A stretch of DNA of 64,000 nt from the human T2T-CHM13v2.0 reference genome, Homo sapiens. Shown in pieces: positions 38,672 through 57,740 of the stretch. How positions within the stretch are numbered: position 1 is the stretch's first letter; every line of letters starts with the position of its first letter. The translations under genes and the position numbers were made by a program. The stretch lies in assembly GCF_009914755.1 (NCBI RefSeq), contig NC_060941.1; one strand, given 5' to 3'. The notes beneath the pieces were generated by a model, which worked only from the letters and a program-made list of their open reading frames with translations, had not been told where the DNA came from and ran no database searches.

Positions 38672-39298
38672 ATTTTTGTTTTTATTGTTTTCAGTAAAAA
38701 GATAGGGCATTCACTTGTCCGCCTTTGCAACTCTCTGCTTAGTCCAGACGGACTCAGGTAGTGGACTGGACCTTGCTTATGTCAGTATCTGAAATGAATG
38801 AAGTGTGACCCTGAGAGGGGGAACTCTAGGATTGGCATCTTTCTCCCGTCGGTTTTGAGTGTGAGGCCCAACGGGCCCAACCCCTCAATCCCTGCTGGTG
38901 ACTAAGAGTTTTGCCACAGGTTGGGCACTTAGGCTGTCCTGGAACTGGAAGGTCCCAGGCCTGCACCATCATCCCCCGACCAGGGCAGACTGAAGCAGTG
39001 ATGGCGTCACCCTGCCCGGCTCCTGTGGGCTGAGCTGCATCTGAAGCTTACAGCCCGTGGGGGAAGTGAGGCCCTTCGGAGCTGCTGCTTGTCTGTGGCT
39101 TCTGCCTCCCAGGTGGCCTCTGCACAGTGGTGGTGACAGTGATCAAATGAAAGAGCATTGGGATAATAACACTTGGTCACAGATGTTCTGCTGCTGCAAA
39201 AATGAATAAAAGTTACTGTTGTGAATAAAAAACCACCCCCTCTCTGTATTCTATGTCACCCTGTATACTATTTCAGGGTATTTTGAGACAGTTTTTCA

Positions 39299-39508
39299 TC
39301 AAGGGATCCTCCCACCTCAGGCTTCAGAGTAGCTGGGATTACAGGCATGTTGCCACCACGTCTTGCTCCGCTTGTGTTTTCACAACAGATACTGAACATA
39401 GAAGAAACAGCATGCAGCACACTGTGAAAACACAGGCGGTGCCAGGCGTTGTGGCAACATGCCTGTAATCCCAGCTACTCCAGAGCCTGAGGCTGGGGGA
39501 TCCCTTGA
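39299..39508. repeat. 86-bp inverted repeat (75/86 identical, 38-nt spacer) built from an Alu/7SL-type monomer plus flank
   Basis: Manual alignment of 39299-39384 against the reverse complement of 39423-39508. Confidence 0.93.
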
Positions 39509-40335
39509 GCCCAGGATTTTGAGGCTGCAGTAGTGAGCCCATCTAAAAAAAAAAAAAAAAAAAAAAAAAGAGGAAAGAAAACAAGTGGTTTCATTAGAAT
39601 CAAACTAGAAGGTTTTTGCATAAAACGTTGAGTTTAAAAATGCTTTCTCGTTAGACCTTACTAGTAATCAATACAAATTAAAACAATAAAATATTTTTAG
39701 CCTGATACATTTGGCAGAGACAGTACAGGAAAATAGCCACTTATACACTATTGCTGGAGCCAAAAATTGGGGTAACGCTCTAGAAAGCAATGTTTGGCAT
39801 TACATATTAAAAGCCATAAAATATTTGACTTCTGGAATAATGGTGGCCTAAAAACTGGCTAAAAACCAAAAGGACTGAAGTAAACACAAAGACCTCAATA
39901 GCACCAAAATAGGAGATTGCTGCCATTAATTTGGGCTAAATGGAAGGAAGCCAGGAGTTCACAGCTCCCCTCTCAGCAGAACAGAGTAGTGTTAGGGTAA
40001 CAAGTGTGCAGTTTCCAGCCCATGCCCGCTCCTTTCCTTTAATTTCAAGGAAGGGGCATGGCAGCTTGGGCAGGATCACCACAGATCAACAGCTTTCCAA
40101 GGCATGGGCCACAGACTGGAAGAAAATGTGGTGGCTACATCTTTCTGTTTTTTTGGTGACCTGGTGCCTAGAGTTTGCTTCAGTGTCAGGGAAAACCCGT
40201 CGCTTCAGGCTCTAGATGTTCAAGCAAGGGTAGAGAGTGAGAGCCGTGGGGGAAATGGAAAAGGGTATAAAATGATGTATGAAATCTAAAATACATAATT
40301 ATGTATAAAATCTAAACATACAAAATTAAGAAATT

Positions 40336-40969
<634 letters not shown>

Positions 40970-42688
40970 TCACTGAGGAACTTAAAACTGAATATGTAGA
41001 GAAACATTTATATCTCAATTATACTTAATATAACAATTTAATTTTAATATAATCCTAATAATTTTGAAATGAATTTTGGAATGGGAGAAGCATGAACAAA
41101 TGATTCTTAGGTTCATCTAGATGAACAAACATCAGAGAATAGCCAGGAAGAGTCCCCAAAAGAAGCCACACACTAGGGCTGAATGATTGTGGAGCACTAC
41201 CATTAACATTCTAAGGGGAAATTATTTTCAGCCTCAGATTCCCTGTCCAGCCAGCCTGTTAACTGAACGTGATGGTAGAAAGGAGAAATTTTCATACATC
41301 CAGAAAATGTGTCTCCCCATATTCTTTCTTAAGAAGGAACCTAGGCAATAGAATGGGGGTAAAATCCAAAAATCAGTGAGGTTCTGGAGGGCTTGGGGCT
41401 GTAGGGTTTCATAGAATGATGAGATGATTAAGAGCTCGAGGCTGTGATAAAGGAGAAGATGAGAAACTGTGCGAGGAAGCCAGGGTCCAACTATGAGGCA
41501 GGCCCTCTGTGTCAGAATAGAATGGCGGCAGCCACAAGGAGAATGTTAGGACTTAAAAGCAACAGTCAGAATGGGCAAGAGGCCAGATGAGAAGGAGGCA
41601 CAAAGCCCCCCTCCCAGTAAGGAAAACCCCAAACAAGCAGAAACTGTAGGAAAAAAACAAACTTTTGAAGAAAGGCAGGGTCCAAATCTGGGGCACACTA
41701 AAATGTGGGGTGATTTTGGGCGACTGGTAGAGTAACAGAGGAACTCCTTTAAATGATGCTTTGAGTGGCTCAGGTCATGATGGTGGAGCTGTAGAGGACA
41801 CGTGCCCACAGCTGGCTTCTGTGATGCCGCTTGTGGTTTTCAGCTTCCAGAATCATTCTAGTCAGAGAGCGCCGAGGACTTAAATGTGCTTCCAGGGAAG
41901 GAAGCAAAGGTTCTCAGCTGTGACAATGTACAACTTGACCAGGTGGAGGGAAGAAAGGGTAATTTACTCCTGACATACAAAGTAGAGTCAGGAAGTGTTG
42001 TCCATACCCAGTGGGACAAAAAATAGAAGTTCAAGGATATTATTTAAGGTCACAAACATAGCTAATATTAATACGGGCACTAAAATTAGCTATGTGTCTA
42101 TAGTGTAAGGAGGAGGCAGATGCATGGTGCCTGAGTCCTCATATGTCCTGGAGGAAGTCAGTAGAAAATGCCTTCATTTTAGAAATCAAGTAGTAGTCGT
42201 ATTAGCATATTACAGAGATACGGAAATAATCCATAACTAAACAGAAATTGAAAGGTAGTTCTCTGAAGGACCAGGATTGAAGGAAGGAACAGGTTTTCAT
42301 TTGATTTAAATACAATCTATATATACTATAATATATGCATTTATTACTTTGATAATTTTTTTGATATAGCATCATGATTAAGCAACTTTGTTATGCAACA
42401 GAATGTTTATGCCATAAATCTTGCAAAGTATGAATTACCTAAATCTTGACAAAGGTAAACAAAAATTTATCTTTGATAGGTGTCAATCAGTAATGTTAGT
42501 TTTGGTGCAGTTGCAACCTGTTGATTTTTTTTTTTCTTAAACTGAGATCAAATATTGTACACTTGACTTACTATTCTTCGCTTTATAATAGTGAATAATC
42601 TATATGGGAATATCAGTTGATATTCTTTCCTGGCAAAAGCTATATATTTTAAATTACTGATTCCAGTCTCTTTGTCTTTTTAACTTAG

Positions 42689-42748
42689 AAGAGGAATCTC
42701 TTGTTGGCATTTGAAGCGGCTGAAAGTGTAGGCATCAAACCCAGCCTG
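42689..42748 (+). CDS. SPECC1: SPECC1 coding exon, CH domain (KRNLLLAFEAAESVGIKPSL)
   Basis: Acceptor tctttttaacttag and donor gtacgt; 60 bp, phase 0/0; continues the CH domain in frame. Confidence 0.96.
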
Positions 42749-43854
42749 GTACGTATCCTATTTTGTATCCTTGTGATACTTTAATTGTATGAGAAATGAC
42801 TTTATGCCATCTGATAAACAGTTTCTCGTAGAACATTGACATCTGTTTGCCGAAAGTCTGTTGCTCTCAATACCTAATATAGAGTTATCCAGTTGATATA
42901 ATCACATATCAACATATGATTTAGAGATTTTCAATCGCATAAGATTTCATATGGACAAATTTCAGTTCTGGAAACACAGTGGACTGAATTATTATTAGAG
43001 CCCTCTTGTTCAGAACACCTAGAAATCTGAATAAAATGCTATGTTAAAAAATATCAACACATAGCTAAGCTCTTAATAAAGAATGGGAAATACCCAGATG
43101 CCAGAAATGTAAAACAAAGCAGAAACCAGGCACAACTGAGCCTGCAAAACTCGGCAGGGGTGGGTGGGGGATGGTGGGCCAAGCAAGCAGCAAGCCTGCA
43201 TAAAGCCAAGGCTCACAACATGCTGATCTTCTTAGTGAAAGCAGAAATCTCTAAAACTCCACCAGCCAGCCCAGGGAGGTGATAAGGAAGCTGGTTTCCA
43301 CCTGGGATTGTGTGCGCACGTGCGCGCAGAGAGAGGAAAAGGAGAGAGAGAAAAGAGAGAGAGTCTCTTGCAAGGAAAGGAAACAGGGCCAGATGAGGTT
43401 TAGAGTCCAAATTTATAATATCTGTGCTGCATGAAGCCCTTAGTATACTCTTAGATGCAGGAAGCCCCTGGGCTGATACTACAATGGCTGCTAAAAAGTA
43501 ACAGAACACTTGAGAAAATGATCTACTTGAGCTAGTCAGCAGATATAGCAAACAAAAGGATTATCTACCAGAACTTGAGATGATAAATAAGAGACTACCA
43601 AAAGACTATTTAAACATGAAAGAGATAAAAGGAGGAATAGAAACCACAAGGAAAGAATGATTCTATTTAAAAAAGAGATTTGTAAAAAGAATCTAACACT
43701 TCTAGAAATGAAAAATTGGAATTAAGACCACAATATGTGTTGCCAAACTCATTAGATACAGCAGAAGAGAGAAATACTAAATTGGAAAATAAATACAGGG
43801 AGATCACCCAAAATATAAAAGAGACATTAAAAAATATAAAATATAATGGTAAGG

Positions 43855-44338
43855 TTGAATTAGTATGTGTTCAGCTTCAAGAAATGGAAAACCCAACCAG
43901 CAGTTGCTTAAACCATAAAAATGTTAATTTTCTTAACAATAGTAGTTTTAGAACTGGTTCACCACTCAGTATTGTAATCAAAGCCCCAGAGTGTCTCCTC
44001 TCCATTCTCACCATCTTTAATCTGTTCCTTTTGTCCCCATGCTTGTTCTTTGTGGTTGAAGGTGGCTGCCAAACTTCAGACATCACTTCCACCTACAGGG
44101 CAGGAAGAAGGGGAAGAGAGAGAGCAAGTGCCTCCTATCTTTCCCTTTAAAGAATGAAAGTGAAAGGCTCCCTGGGTTTCTCCAGCTCATTGGCAGTACT
44201 CTGTTACATGGTCCCCAGCTGCAAGGGCATTTGAGGAAGTGAGCATATGAACAGTTTTCAGTTTCTTTAGTGGGAAGCCTGCGAGGGAGAGAGCTTGGGA
44301 ATGACTGTTGGGCTATCTAAATAATAGTGTCTGTCTCA
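43855..44338 (-). mobile_element. Old MLT1 LTR within degraded L1M 5'/ORF1 sequence (about 42965-45560); Alu at 44772-45077
   Basis: tgttcagcttcaag...aaaacccaaccagcagttgcttaaac...ccagctgcaaggg motifs. Confidence 0.6.
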
Positions 44339-44834
44339 GAGTTTAAGAGACAGGGACAAAAAAAATCAGACAATGGCCATGTCCCATGCCCAGAGGGAAT
44401 TCCAGATGAAAAGGATAGAAAGAATGGAATGGAGACAGTATTTGAAGATATGATGCCTGAAAATTTTCCAGAATGATGAAAGGATAATGAAAGAGTCCAC
44501 AGATTCTTTATTTATCTCAAGCAGGATGAATAAAACAAAATATCCATCTAGACATATTGTAATGAAACTACAGAAAAAGCAAAGACAGATAATCTATTAA
44601 AAATTTCTGCTCACCAGTAATAAAAATACAACCTAGTAGGAAATTATCAAAGACTAGAAGAGAAAATTCACAGATGATGATGATGAATGGTCAATGAGGA
44701 TTTTTAAAGATGTTCAATCTCATTAGGGATTGGGAAAATCTAAGTTGAAATAAAAATGAGATAACAATTCCAGCTGGGTGCAGTGGCCCACACCTGTAAT
44801 CCCAGCACTTTGGGAGGCTGAGGTGGGTGGATCA

Positions 44835-45249
<415 letters not shown>

Positions 45250-46061
45250 CTATGAAACTTAAGAAGACATAAAACTTTAACCATTGAAGAGGTTGAATTT
45301 ATGCTTTAAAATGTAGTCACACACACAAAGAAAAAATATCCCCATCAGCCCAGATTTTGCTAAATCTTTAAGACGCAGATATCCCTATTGTGTATTTACA
45401 AGTCTGGGAAATTTAAAAAGGTGTGAGGAAACTTACACATCTGACCAGGGTGGAGTAGCAGGGATCTCCCTTCAGAAACAACAAAACTAAGGAGTACCAA
45501 CAGAGAGATCAGGTAAGGATAAAGATACAATGAGACCTTGTTGGAAGATTATATTTTACACAGAATACATTTTTCTTTGTAGTGTTGTAATTAATATTTA
45601 CTTCTGTTTAAATATAATATCTTTTTCTTAATTTTCATCTAATGTGCTATAGAAGTTAGTGAGCTGGGAAGTGAATGAGGTCATTTTGTTGTCCTAATTG
45701 TCAGAGCCAGGGGTTTCATTGGTGTGGATGGTCTGTGAGGAGCTGCTGACACACATGATAATTAATCTCAAAGGCACTTAGGAGTGTTTGTGAGCACTTT
45801 CCCGGCTTTTTCCACCAACAAAATAGAAATTTCCTACATTCTTAAATTTGCTTTTCAGTACCTTGATGTGGATTGGAAAATCCAGTATGTTGAATTACAC
45901 ATGACACTTTAAAACTACACCCAGTCAGAAGTGACAGCAGTAATCCCCAAATCTTCAGTCAAGTTCTGTTGTTAGATTATGCCAGGAAAATTGTCTTATA
46001 TGTTTATATTCAAGTAAATATAAGTTTCTGGGGTATAACATATTAGGATGAGATCTTTATT

Positions 46062-47108
<1,047 letters not shown>

Positions 47109-47784
47109 GAGATCTTTAAAAATGAAGCTCTATAGTGTTCCCCAGATATTAGAAAGTGTTCTTTCTCAGCCACCGTGTAAGGAGAGCATCTTAGCCAGCC
47201 CAATTACAGATGCAAGCAACTCCCCAGAAAAGGAATTAGGCGAGGGACGATATGTGATGTCACTGTCATAAAAACGGCCAAAACATGTGTCCCCAGGGCT
47301 GCTGTGTCTTTACCAGGCCATGTAGTCCATGAGGGCTGTTGCTCACTGAGTGCCAGCATGCCCACCAGGACAGCTGCTGCAGGACTGGGTGCTGGCATGC
47401 CCCCGTGGAGGGAGGTCACCATGCAGCAATTCCTGAGGCATGGCTGGGCCTACTCTGCAAGTGTAAACTTAATGAGCTGTGCTTAAATAGCTAATTTGTG
47501 CTTGATTGTGTGACAAGCATTTTGTTTTTCATATTTACTGTATGTATTTACCATTTTGGGCATTTTTCATGCAAGGACTTGTTGGACCCTCATGGAGGTC
47601 CTGCAAGGTGGATGCACTCTATAAGAGGAAACTGAGGCACATGGCTTATGAGCGGGAAAGGCAAGAGGCAAGGCCAGGCAGGCAGCTCCAGAGCGCATGC
47701 CGTCAACCACCCTGACAGCTGTGTCTGCCTTCTGCACATACCTTGTTAGATTTAGACCTTAGTGGGGTTTTTTTTTTTTTTTTT

Positions 47785-48940
<1,156 letters not shown>

Positions 48941-50641
48941 CAAATGTCATGCACTATAAGATTGTTACTAATGCAGCATACTCTGTCTTCTGAAATGTAT
49001 AACATCTTTTCACAAATTCTCAAATATGTTAACAATGTACTAAATATTTTTAGTTCAGTTATGAAGTTCAAGCATGTAAGATTGTCTGCTCAAAACTGAA
49101 TATTGATTGGACTTCGGAGTCCTCTCTGAGATTAAAGACACACCCTTTCCATAATACAGAGGAAAGTGTGCAGTGTGCCATCTCTCTTGTGTTTGTAGGT
49201 ATCCCTTCTTTTCCCAGAGCTCATCTATGTCCAAATTGCATGCCCAATTCTTCATCAGTTCCTTTCTGTAAGTCATGTTAGCAACACTCCTTGGTACGGA
49301 TTTTAGGTTGCCAGGCCTCAGTCTGTGTGCAGTCATGACTACAGCCAGTGTAGGTAGAAGGAGACATTCTATTCTTGTATTCTGTGAAAGTTTGTTTTTC
49401 TTTTAAAATTGTTCTAGGTGTACCTGCACGGAATGTTCTACCAACTCTTCTTCCACTCCTTTCCCATGACTAATGATAGGCTGATAATTTTTTAGCATCA
49501 CCAGGGAGCAGAATAAGTGAAGTCTGTTCAGATTTTGAATCAGGGGATGAATGGCTCATTAACAGCCTCAGCCAACTCTGTTAACCCCCAGGAACTGATG
49601 TGCTAAGTTCAGCCTTACTTTTCCATGGCATCTCTGCTTCTGGCTTTACATCAGGGTCCTTTCCTACTATTCTCTTTTAACCACACAGAATCCAAATTCA
49701 ATCCCAAAGTTAATTATTAAATATGTCCAGTGGCACAAATTTCAGAAAAGTTTGAGTGCCTGACAGGATGCCCACCCTCTTGCCCCTCCCTTTCTGGCCT
49801 GGATGTTATGCATGCTCATTACAAGCTTACTTGCAAAATGAACAAAAATAAATCAGTCAGTAAAAACCAGCAAATTAGCAAAAGTAAAATAAAAATAAGC
49901 CAAAAAATCACCAAACTGTATTAAATAACAAACAAACAAAAAAACACATTAAGTAGTAACAATGCTGGTAAAATAAATGGTTGCATTTGAAATTGGTTCA
50001 AGGCTTTTGTGATAATCCCACTCAGTAATTTATCTTGAGGGACTAGTTCGACAGAAGGAAACAATACTGCACAAAGATGCTGATTGCAGAGTCTGTGGTG
50101 GTCACGAGGTGAGCGTACACTGGATGCCATGTCCCTTGTGGACAGCAGTTTCCCTGGTGAGTGCACATTCACTAGAATGGCAGCCCGCACAGTGGCACAG
50201 CAGCACGGGGACCCGGGTGTGAAATGCTCAGCCCACGTAATGGCACAGCCCACGTAATAGCGCGTGCAGTGTGCTGGGAGTCTGGGGAATTAGAGGTGGA
50301 TTCAAATGTAATTTAGAAACTTGGAAATCATTTTAATAGTGAAATTATGGGTGATTTTTGCTTTTTAAAACTTGTTTAAATGCTGTCATATGGTTAAAAG
50401 ATAAAAGCAGTGGGAGGTCATGTTTTCCGTTTTTGGAAAGGGACAGTATCTCCTGAATAAGTGGGAGGAAAAGTCCTTTAACTCATCGCTTTCAGCACCA
50501 CCTGTGCTGGCCTTCACGTTCTGTCTGTGTAAGTGGAGGGTTTCCAGGCAGTGTAAGCCCTAACCTGGACTGAAGTCCTTGAGGGGAAGGGGTCTGTGAT
50601 GTCCTGCCTTGTGATCTGTCCCCCATTCCCTTCCCCTGCAG

Positions 50642-50731
50642 GAACTCAGCGAGATGCTGTACACAGACCGGCCCGACTGGCAGAGTGTGATGCAGTACGT
50701 GGCCCAAATCTACAAGTACTTTGAGACGTAA
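50642..50731 (+). CDS. SPECC1: SPECC1 terminal coding exon ([29 protein letters not shown])
   Basis: Acceptor ccttcccctgcag; [12 protein letters not shown]-terminal helix; stop TAA at 50729-50731; matches the recalled SPECC1 C-terminus. Confidence 0.97.
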   Translation, partial: ELSEMLYTDRPDWQSVMQYVAQIYKYFET

Positions 50732-51157
50732 CCCTGGAGGGCCTGGGGCAGCCACCATTGCCACCTACTGCAGCTTTTCCTGGAAGCGCCTGATTACTGT
50801 CCACTGACCCTGCTCTGCCCACCACCCAGCTGCCTAGACTTCAAAGACAGGCTCAATCCAAGTGGACCAACACCCAAATAAGAAACAGAGTGGGTCCCAC
50901 GATGTACCTGTCTGAAATGCAAATGCAGCTGGACTGTAAATTGGGGACTCTTTGATCTCTTGTGGGATGCTTCTAAAGAGGGCAGCCTCCCTCCTTCCAG
51001 ACCAAGACCCCACACCCAGGCTTGTTTTGCTGATTATATTGGGTGGCTGAACGAACACATTATCTGCAGAAATTCAGACAAAGAACATCTCCAAATCAGT
51101 CTTTTGGTTGCTGTTGTTAAAAATATCCCGGCTTTGCCTTTATGAAACCTTTGCCCT

Positions 51158-51312
51158 TGGCTGGGTGTGGTAGCTCGTGGCTGTAATCCCAGCACTTTAG
51201 GAAGCCAAGGCAGTAGGATCGTTTGAGCCCAGGAGTTCGAGGCTGCAGTGAGCTATGAGCATACCACTGCACTCCAGCCTGTGTGAAAGAGCCAGACCCT
51301 GTCTCAAAAAAA
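51158..51312 (+). mobile_element. Alu monomer in the SPECC1 3' UTR
   Basis: TSD ctttgccctt on both sides. Confidence 0.85.
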
Positions 51313-51390
51313 TGATAAAACCCAAAACTTTGCCCTTGTGAACCCTCCCTTCCCCCCTCCCCCCCCAAAAAAAAACAACAAAACACAAAA

Positions 51391-51396
51391 AATAAA
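51391..51396 (+). terminator. Proximal polyadenylation signal AATAAA
   Basis: aataaacatttgttcc, about 660 nt after the stop. It lies in an A-rich tract, so internal priming could mimic its use. Confidence 0.6.
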
Positions 51397-53028
51397 CATT
51401 TGTTCCAGGGCAACCTGGAAACGTGCGTGCGCACTCAGCCTTTTGGGGAAAAATGGGAGTTCTAGGTAACAATGTTAACACCTGGAACTTGATTCACTTT
51501 TAGCTCTCACCATCCCTTATTTGATTTATTGTAGCAAAAGGAAAGCCTGTGAGAATGCAAGGGAGCCCCTGGCTGCTTTGCTGGAGTCCCTGGGAGGTGC
51601 CCCACACCTCTGCCACCAAAGTCTGTGTGCTCCTGAGCAGCTCGCGGCTTTCACAGTAGGGAAACCGCAGTCCTCGTCACCTGCGCCTTTGTCCTCCCAT
51701 TCGTTTACCCTCCCGTTCACATCCACACAGGCTTGTACCCCACAGAACTTGACAGGAGGTCACATGTGTGAATGGCCTGTGTCTGCTTTACAGGGTTGAG
51801 CAGGCTGAGGGTGTGTGCCTCTGGGGATGCTGGGCTGACAGCAAATCCCAACAGTATTTCGGCTCTGGACTGATTTGGCCTTTAGTGCTTCCCCAGGCCT
51901 CTTTCATCGGCATGGGAAAAGCCCTTAGGGGTGGGCGGTGAGGGCACATTTATAACTAACAAAGAAGAATGCAGTTGCCCCAGCATCCTACTGGTCACCT
52001 TAAGTGGCAGCAGAGCCCTCCCCAGCGGTGCCCCAGTCCCTCAGAAGTGCTCAGTCCGGCCCGAGTGCCCATCTGGTGGCTCTGCCGTGTTCTTCTGGGC
52101 GGATCTGTGTGCACTACACAGCGAGTGAGGGCGTGGCTCACACAGTTGTTTGAGGGAAATGGGTAATGCCCATCCCTTGCTGTTTTAAGTGCCAAATAGC
52201 GTGTTAGCGCCCCTCCAACAAAGGATCATCCTTCCAGTGAGTCACCGAGAATGACAGTGACTGCCATTACTATTCAAAGTACATCTCTGATTGCTGATCT
52301 GAGCCACTGGTTCAGAGCCAGGTTCTAGAGGCTGCAGGTCCAGCCCCTTACCATTCCTGGAGAGGTAGGAGCTCAGTCCCTTCCTCCAAGCCAGACCTTT
52401 GCAGAGGTGGCAACTGGGCTGCACGGGTCAGCAGATCCCTGATTCTCAAGCCACCTTGAGACAAGAACTCCGCCCCCCTGTTAGTGCATCCCAGCTGCAG
52501 CTCTGCATCAGAACCTACAGTGGACCCTTTTGAAAACACTCTTGGCTGCCCTAGTTGGTTAACTTCAGAATGTCTGGAATGGGACCAGAGATGCAGTTCA
52601 CATGTTTTGTAAGTTCTTTAGGCGACTGAAGCACAGCTGCTTGGAGAACCACTGAGGGGTGGACACCTTCCCCTGGCAGCCACAAGGCAGGCAGCCTGCG
52701 GGAGCTCCTGAGCAGCTGTTGGGCGATGGTCATTACATCACCCATGCCTTTGTATTTAAATGAAACTCGACACATAGAACCAATTCAACCTGAAAGTTAC
52801 TACTTCTGCTGATTCAGGCACTTGTTTGAAGCATTTTTTTTTTATTAACCCTGTACTTCTTCTTTGCCCACCATTAAAGTGGGGGAAAGTAATATCCCAA
52901 GTAGTTGAGTTGAGCTGTTGGTTGTTAGATTTAAGCTGGAATTAGTCCAGGGTTTTATGTGGGGAGGCAGTTGCTGTCTTGGGATACCCGGAGTGGGAGT
53001 GGGTGTTTTCTGTGATTGGTTCTGTTTT

Positions 53029-54410
<1,382 letters not shown>

Positions 54411-55667
54411 AAATACAGGTGGTGTTTTGGGGAAGGGAAGGTTCTGCTGGGGTCCTGGAACTGTGACTGATGGCCTCAGGAGTCCAGGAATAGGCCTTCT
54501 AGCACAGCAGCTAGTAGGGCTCCCCCAAGCCATCCGCTGGCGTGTGGAGGTGCAGGACCTGGGGGAGGCAGTCCCCAACCCAGCTAGGCCAAGGGGTAGG
54601 GTTTTTAGGTCTGTTTTTAACAGAGCTCAGAGCACCAGGTGAAGGTGGAAAGTTGGCAGGAAAACAAGGTCAGCATCTTATTTTTTCTATACTCAGCAGA
54701 GTGTGCCATTCCCAGTTTCTGTCCTGAGGATTTCAAAGACCACAACAGCCACATTTCTTTCCATCTTCCCTCAGCCAGTAGTCATTTAAAATTCTTCAGT
54801 TGTTCTGAAGATCCTTTTTTTAATGTATCATTTTTACATGAAAGACAGCTGCAAAATGCAAGCCCCAGTAGAGTTGGAGAGTTTTTCAAGGTGAGAAGTC
54901 GCTGTTCTCTGCATTGAACATGGATTGAATTTTCCTTGTCTGATGGTAACCCATGGCCCCCGCCCTGCGGGGATAACATTCTCAGGAGCTTCTCTTGTCC
55001 TAGCCCCTTCTCATTTCAAAAATATTAGTCTTTTATTTTCCTTTTTCATTCAGTTTTTGTTTTACAGCTTTTGTAGAGACCAACCCAAGTAGATGCAGGT
55101 GGGTGTTAGATAAAAACACACATCCCCAGGGGACAAGCCATCCAGCGGTGAGGAATCTCTGCCATGTTCTCTTCCCTGCTGCCCACAAACGTTACGGAGA
55201 CTCCCTTAGCCTCCCCCTCCTCTTCCCCACTGAGGGGCAGCTTGTGGAGATGGAGGACTCGGGCCCATAGATGCAGACCCCCTACCAAATCTAGCAATAG
55301 TTCTCACCCTTCCAAAGCTCGAGTGCCATTTTGAGATGACCTACCAATGACATGCAGTAAAGGACATAACCTCACAGCCTTTTTAGAAGCATTTCGAATA
55401 TCTACAGTTGCCTCAATTCACGGGGCATTTCACTCCTCTGATCCAGGTTAGAATTTTGCTAAATCTGTAGCATCCTGAATAGCACACTAATTTTTTTTTT
55501 TAGCACACTAACTTTAACTACATTAGTTGAGTGTAGTTGATACATCTGTGGCCTCGTGTCTATAAAGAGCACACTAGATTGTACCCAGCACTTTTGGATA
55601 TGACATGCTAATTAGATGTATTTAACTATTCATAGGAAAGTGTATGATAAATGACTGTAATATTTCT

Positions 55668-55673
55668 AATAAA
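55668..55673 (+). terminator. Distal polyadenylation signal AATAAA
   Basis: Upstream TGTA motifs and a downstream U-rich tract (tttgtttctaattatttttttc). Confidence 0.75.
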
Positions 55674-56061
55674 TATATTTTGTTTCTAATTATTTTTTTC
55701 TCACTGACATTTATCAATATTTTTTCAAAGTGCCACCCTTAAACTGAGTCTGTTTTCAGACCAGCATCTTCATGCATATATCCTTGTCGGGTCACAGTCT
55801 CCACTGCAGCTGCTCTTGCGGGTGGTGCTGGAATTTTCCACAGAGGACTGGGCTCCTGCTGGTTCCTCCGCTGCCCGTGTGCAGCTTTCTTGCTCAGGCC
55901 ACAGGCTTACGTGAAGATCACCCTTCAAGGCCTACCCAGGACACTGCTGAGCTGTGCAGATGTGCACACGATATGTGCAATGTGTGACTAAATGCCAACT
56001 GAGACCCCAGAAACCACTCGCAGGGGGAATTATGCCAAGATTGAGGAGGCAGGGTGAAGAT

Positions 56062-56375
<314 letters not shown>

Positions 56376-56379
56376 ACAG

Positions 56380-56632
56380 ATATTTTGTAAATGATTGCTT
56401 CCTTACCCCTTCCTAGTTCATGTTTTCTTAAACATAGTTACATTTCTTCTTTGCTATACTAAAAATCCCTAATTTTAGTTGGTCAGAGAGAGGGATTTGA
56501 GACTGAGCTCCCATCTCCTCGGCTGCAGCATCTGATTAAAGCCTTCTTCCTTTGCAATACTCATCTCAGTGGTTGGCTTTCTGTGGGTGAGCAGCGCAGG
56601 ATCTAGGCTGAAGCCCTGAGGCTTCAGTGACA
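56380..56632 (+). mobile_element. 3' half of a MER39-like ERV1 LTR
   Basis: ggatttgagactgagctcccatctcctcggctgcagcatctgattaaagccttcttcc...cagtgaca. Confidence 0.7.
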
Positions 56633-56688
56633 AAATCTGTTTTTCATAATGCGATCTGTCTTAATTGTCCTCAAGAATTAGTATTTGA

Positions 56689-57504
<816 letters not shown>

Positions 57505-57583
57505 TGAAGCGGCACTCATGACAGGCAGGCTGGGCGCCGCCACCCCGAAACCTCCGAGGGAGGACCAGCCAGCCCAGGTTGGC

Positions 57584-57740
57584 GCTGGAGCTGCAGCGCC
57601 ACCTGCAGGCCAAGAAGTCTTTTTCTGGGAGGCTGGAGCTGCAGCGCCACCTGCAGGCCAAGGAGTCTTTTTCTGGGAGGCTGGAGCTGCAGCGCGACGT
57701 GCAGGCCAAGGAGTCTTTTTCTGGGAGGCTGGAGCTGCAG
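57584..57740. repeat. 48-bp tandem repeat x3.3 in the CCDC144CP promoter
   Basis: Unit gctggagctgcagcgccacctgcaggccaag(a/g)agtctttttctgggag starting at 57584, 57632, 57680 and (partial) 57728. Confidence 0.95.

Noticed and set aside
50229-50258. 13-bp direct repeat cagcccacgtaat (also the short T-rich tandem at about 8412-8457)
   Set aside because: Ordinary slippage duplication with no further structure.
50492-50764. Minus-strand ORFs over SPECC1 exons (also 33431-33751)
   Set aside because: They are antisense shadows of the real + strand exons.
57584-57740. CRISPR-like appearance of the 48-bp repeats
   Set aside because: The units are head-to-tail with no unique spacers, in eukaryotic DNA.
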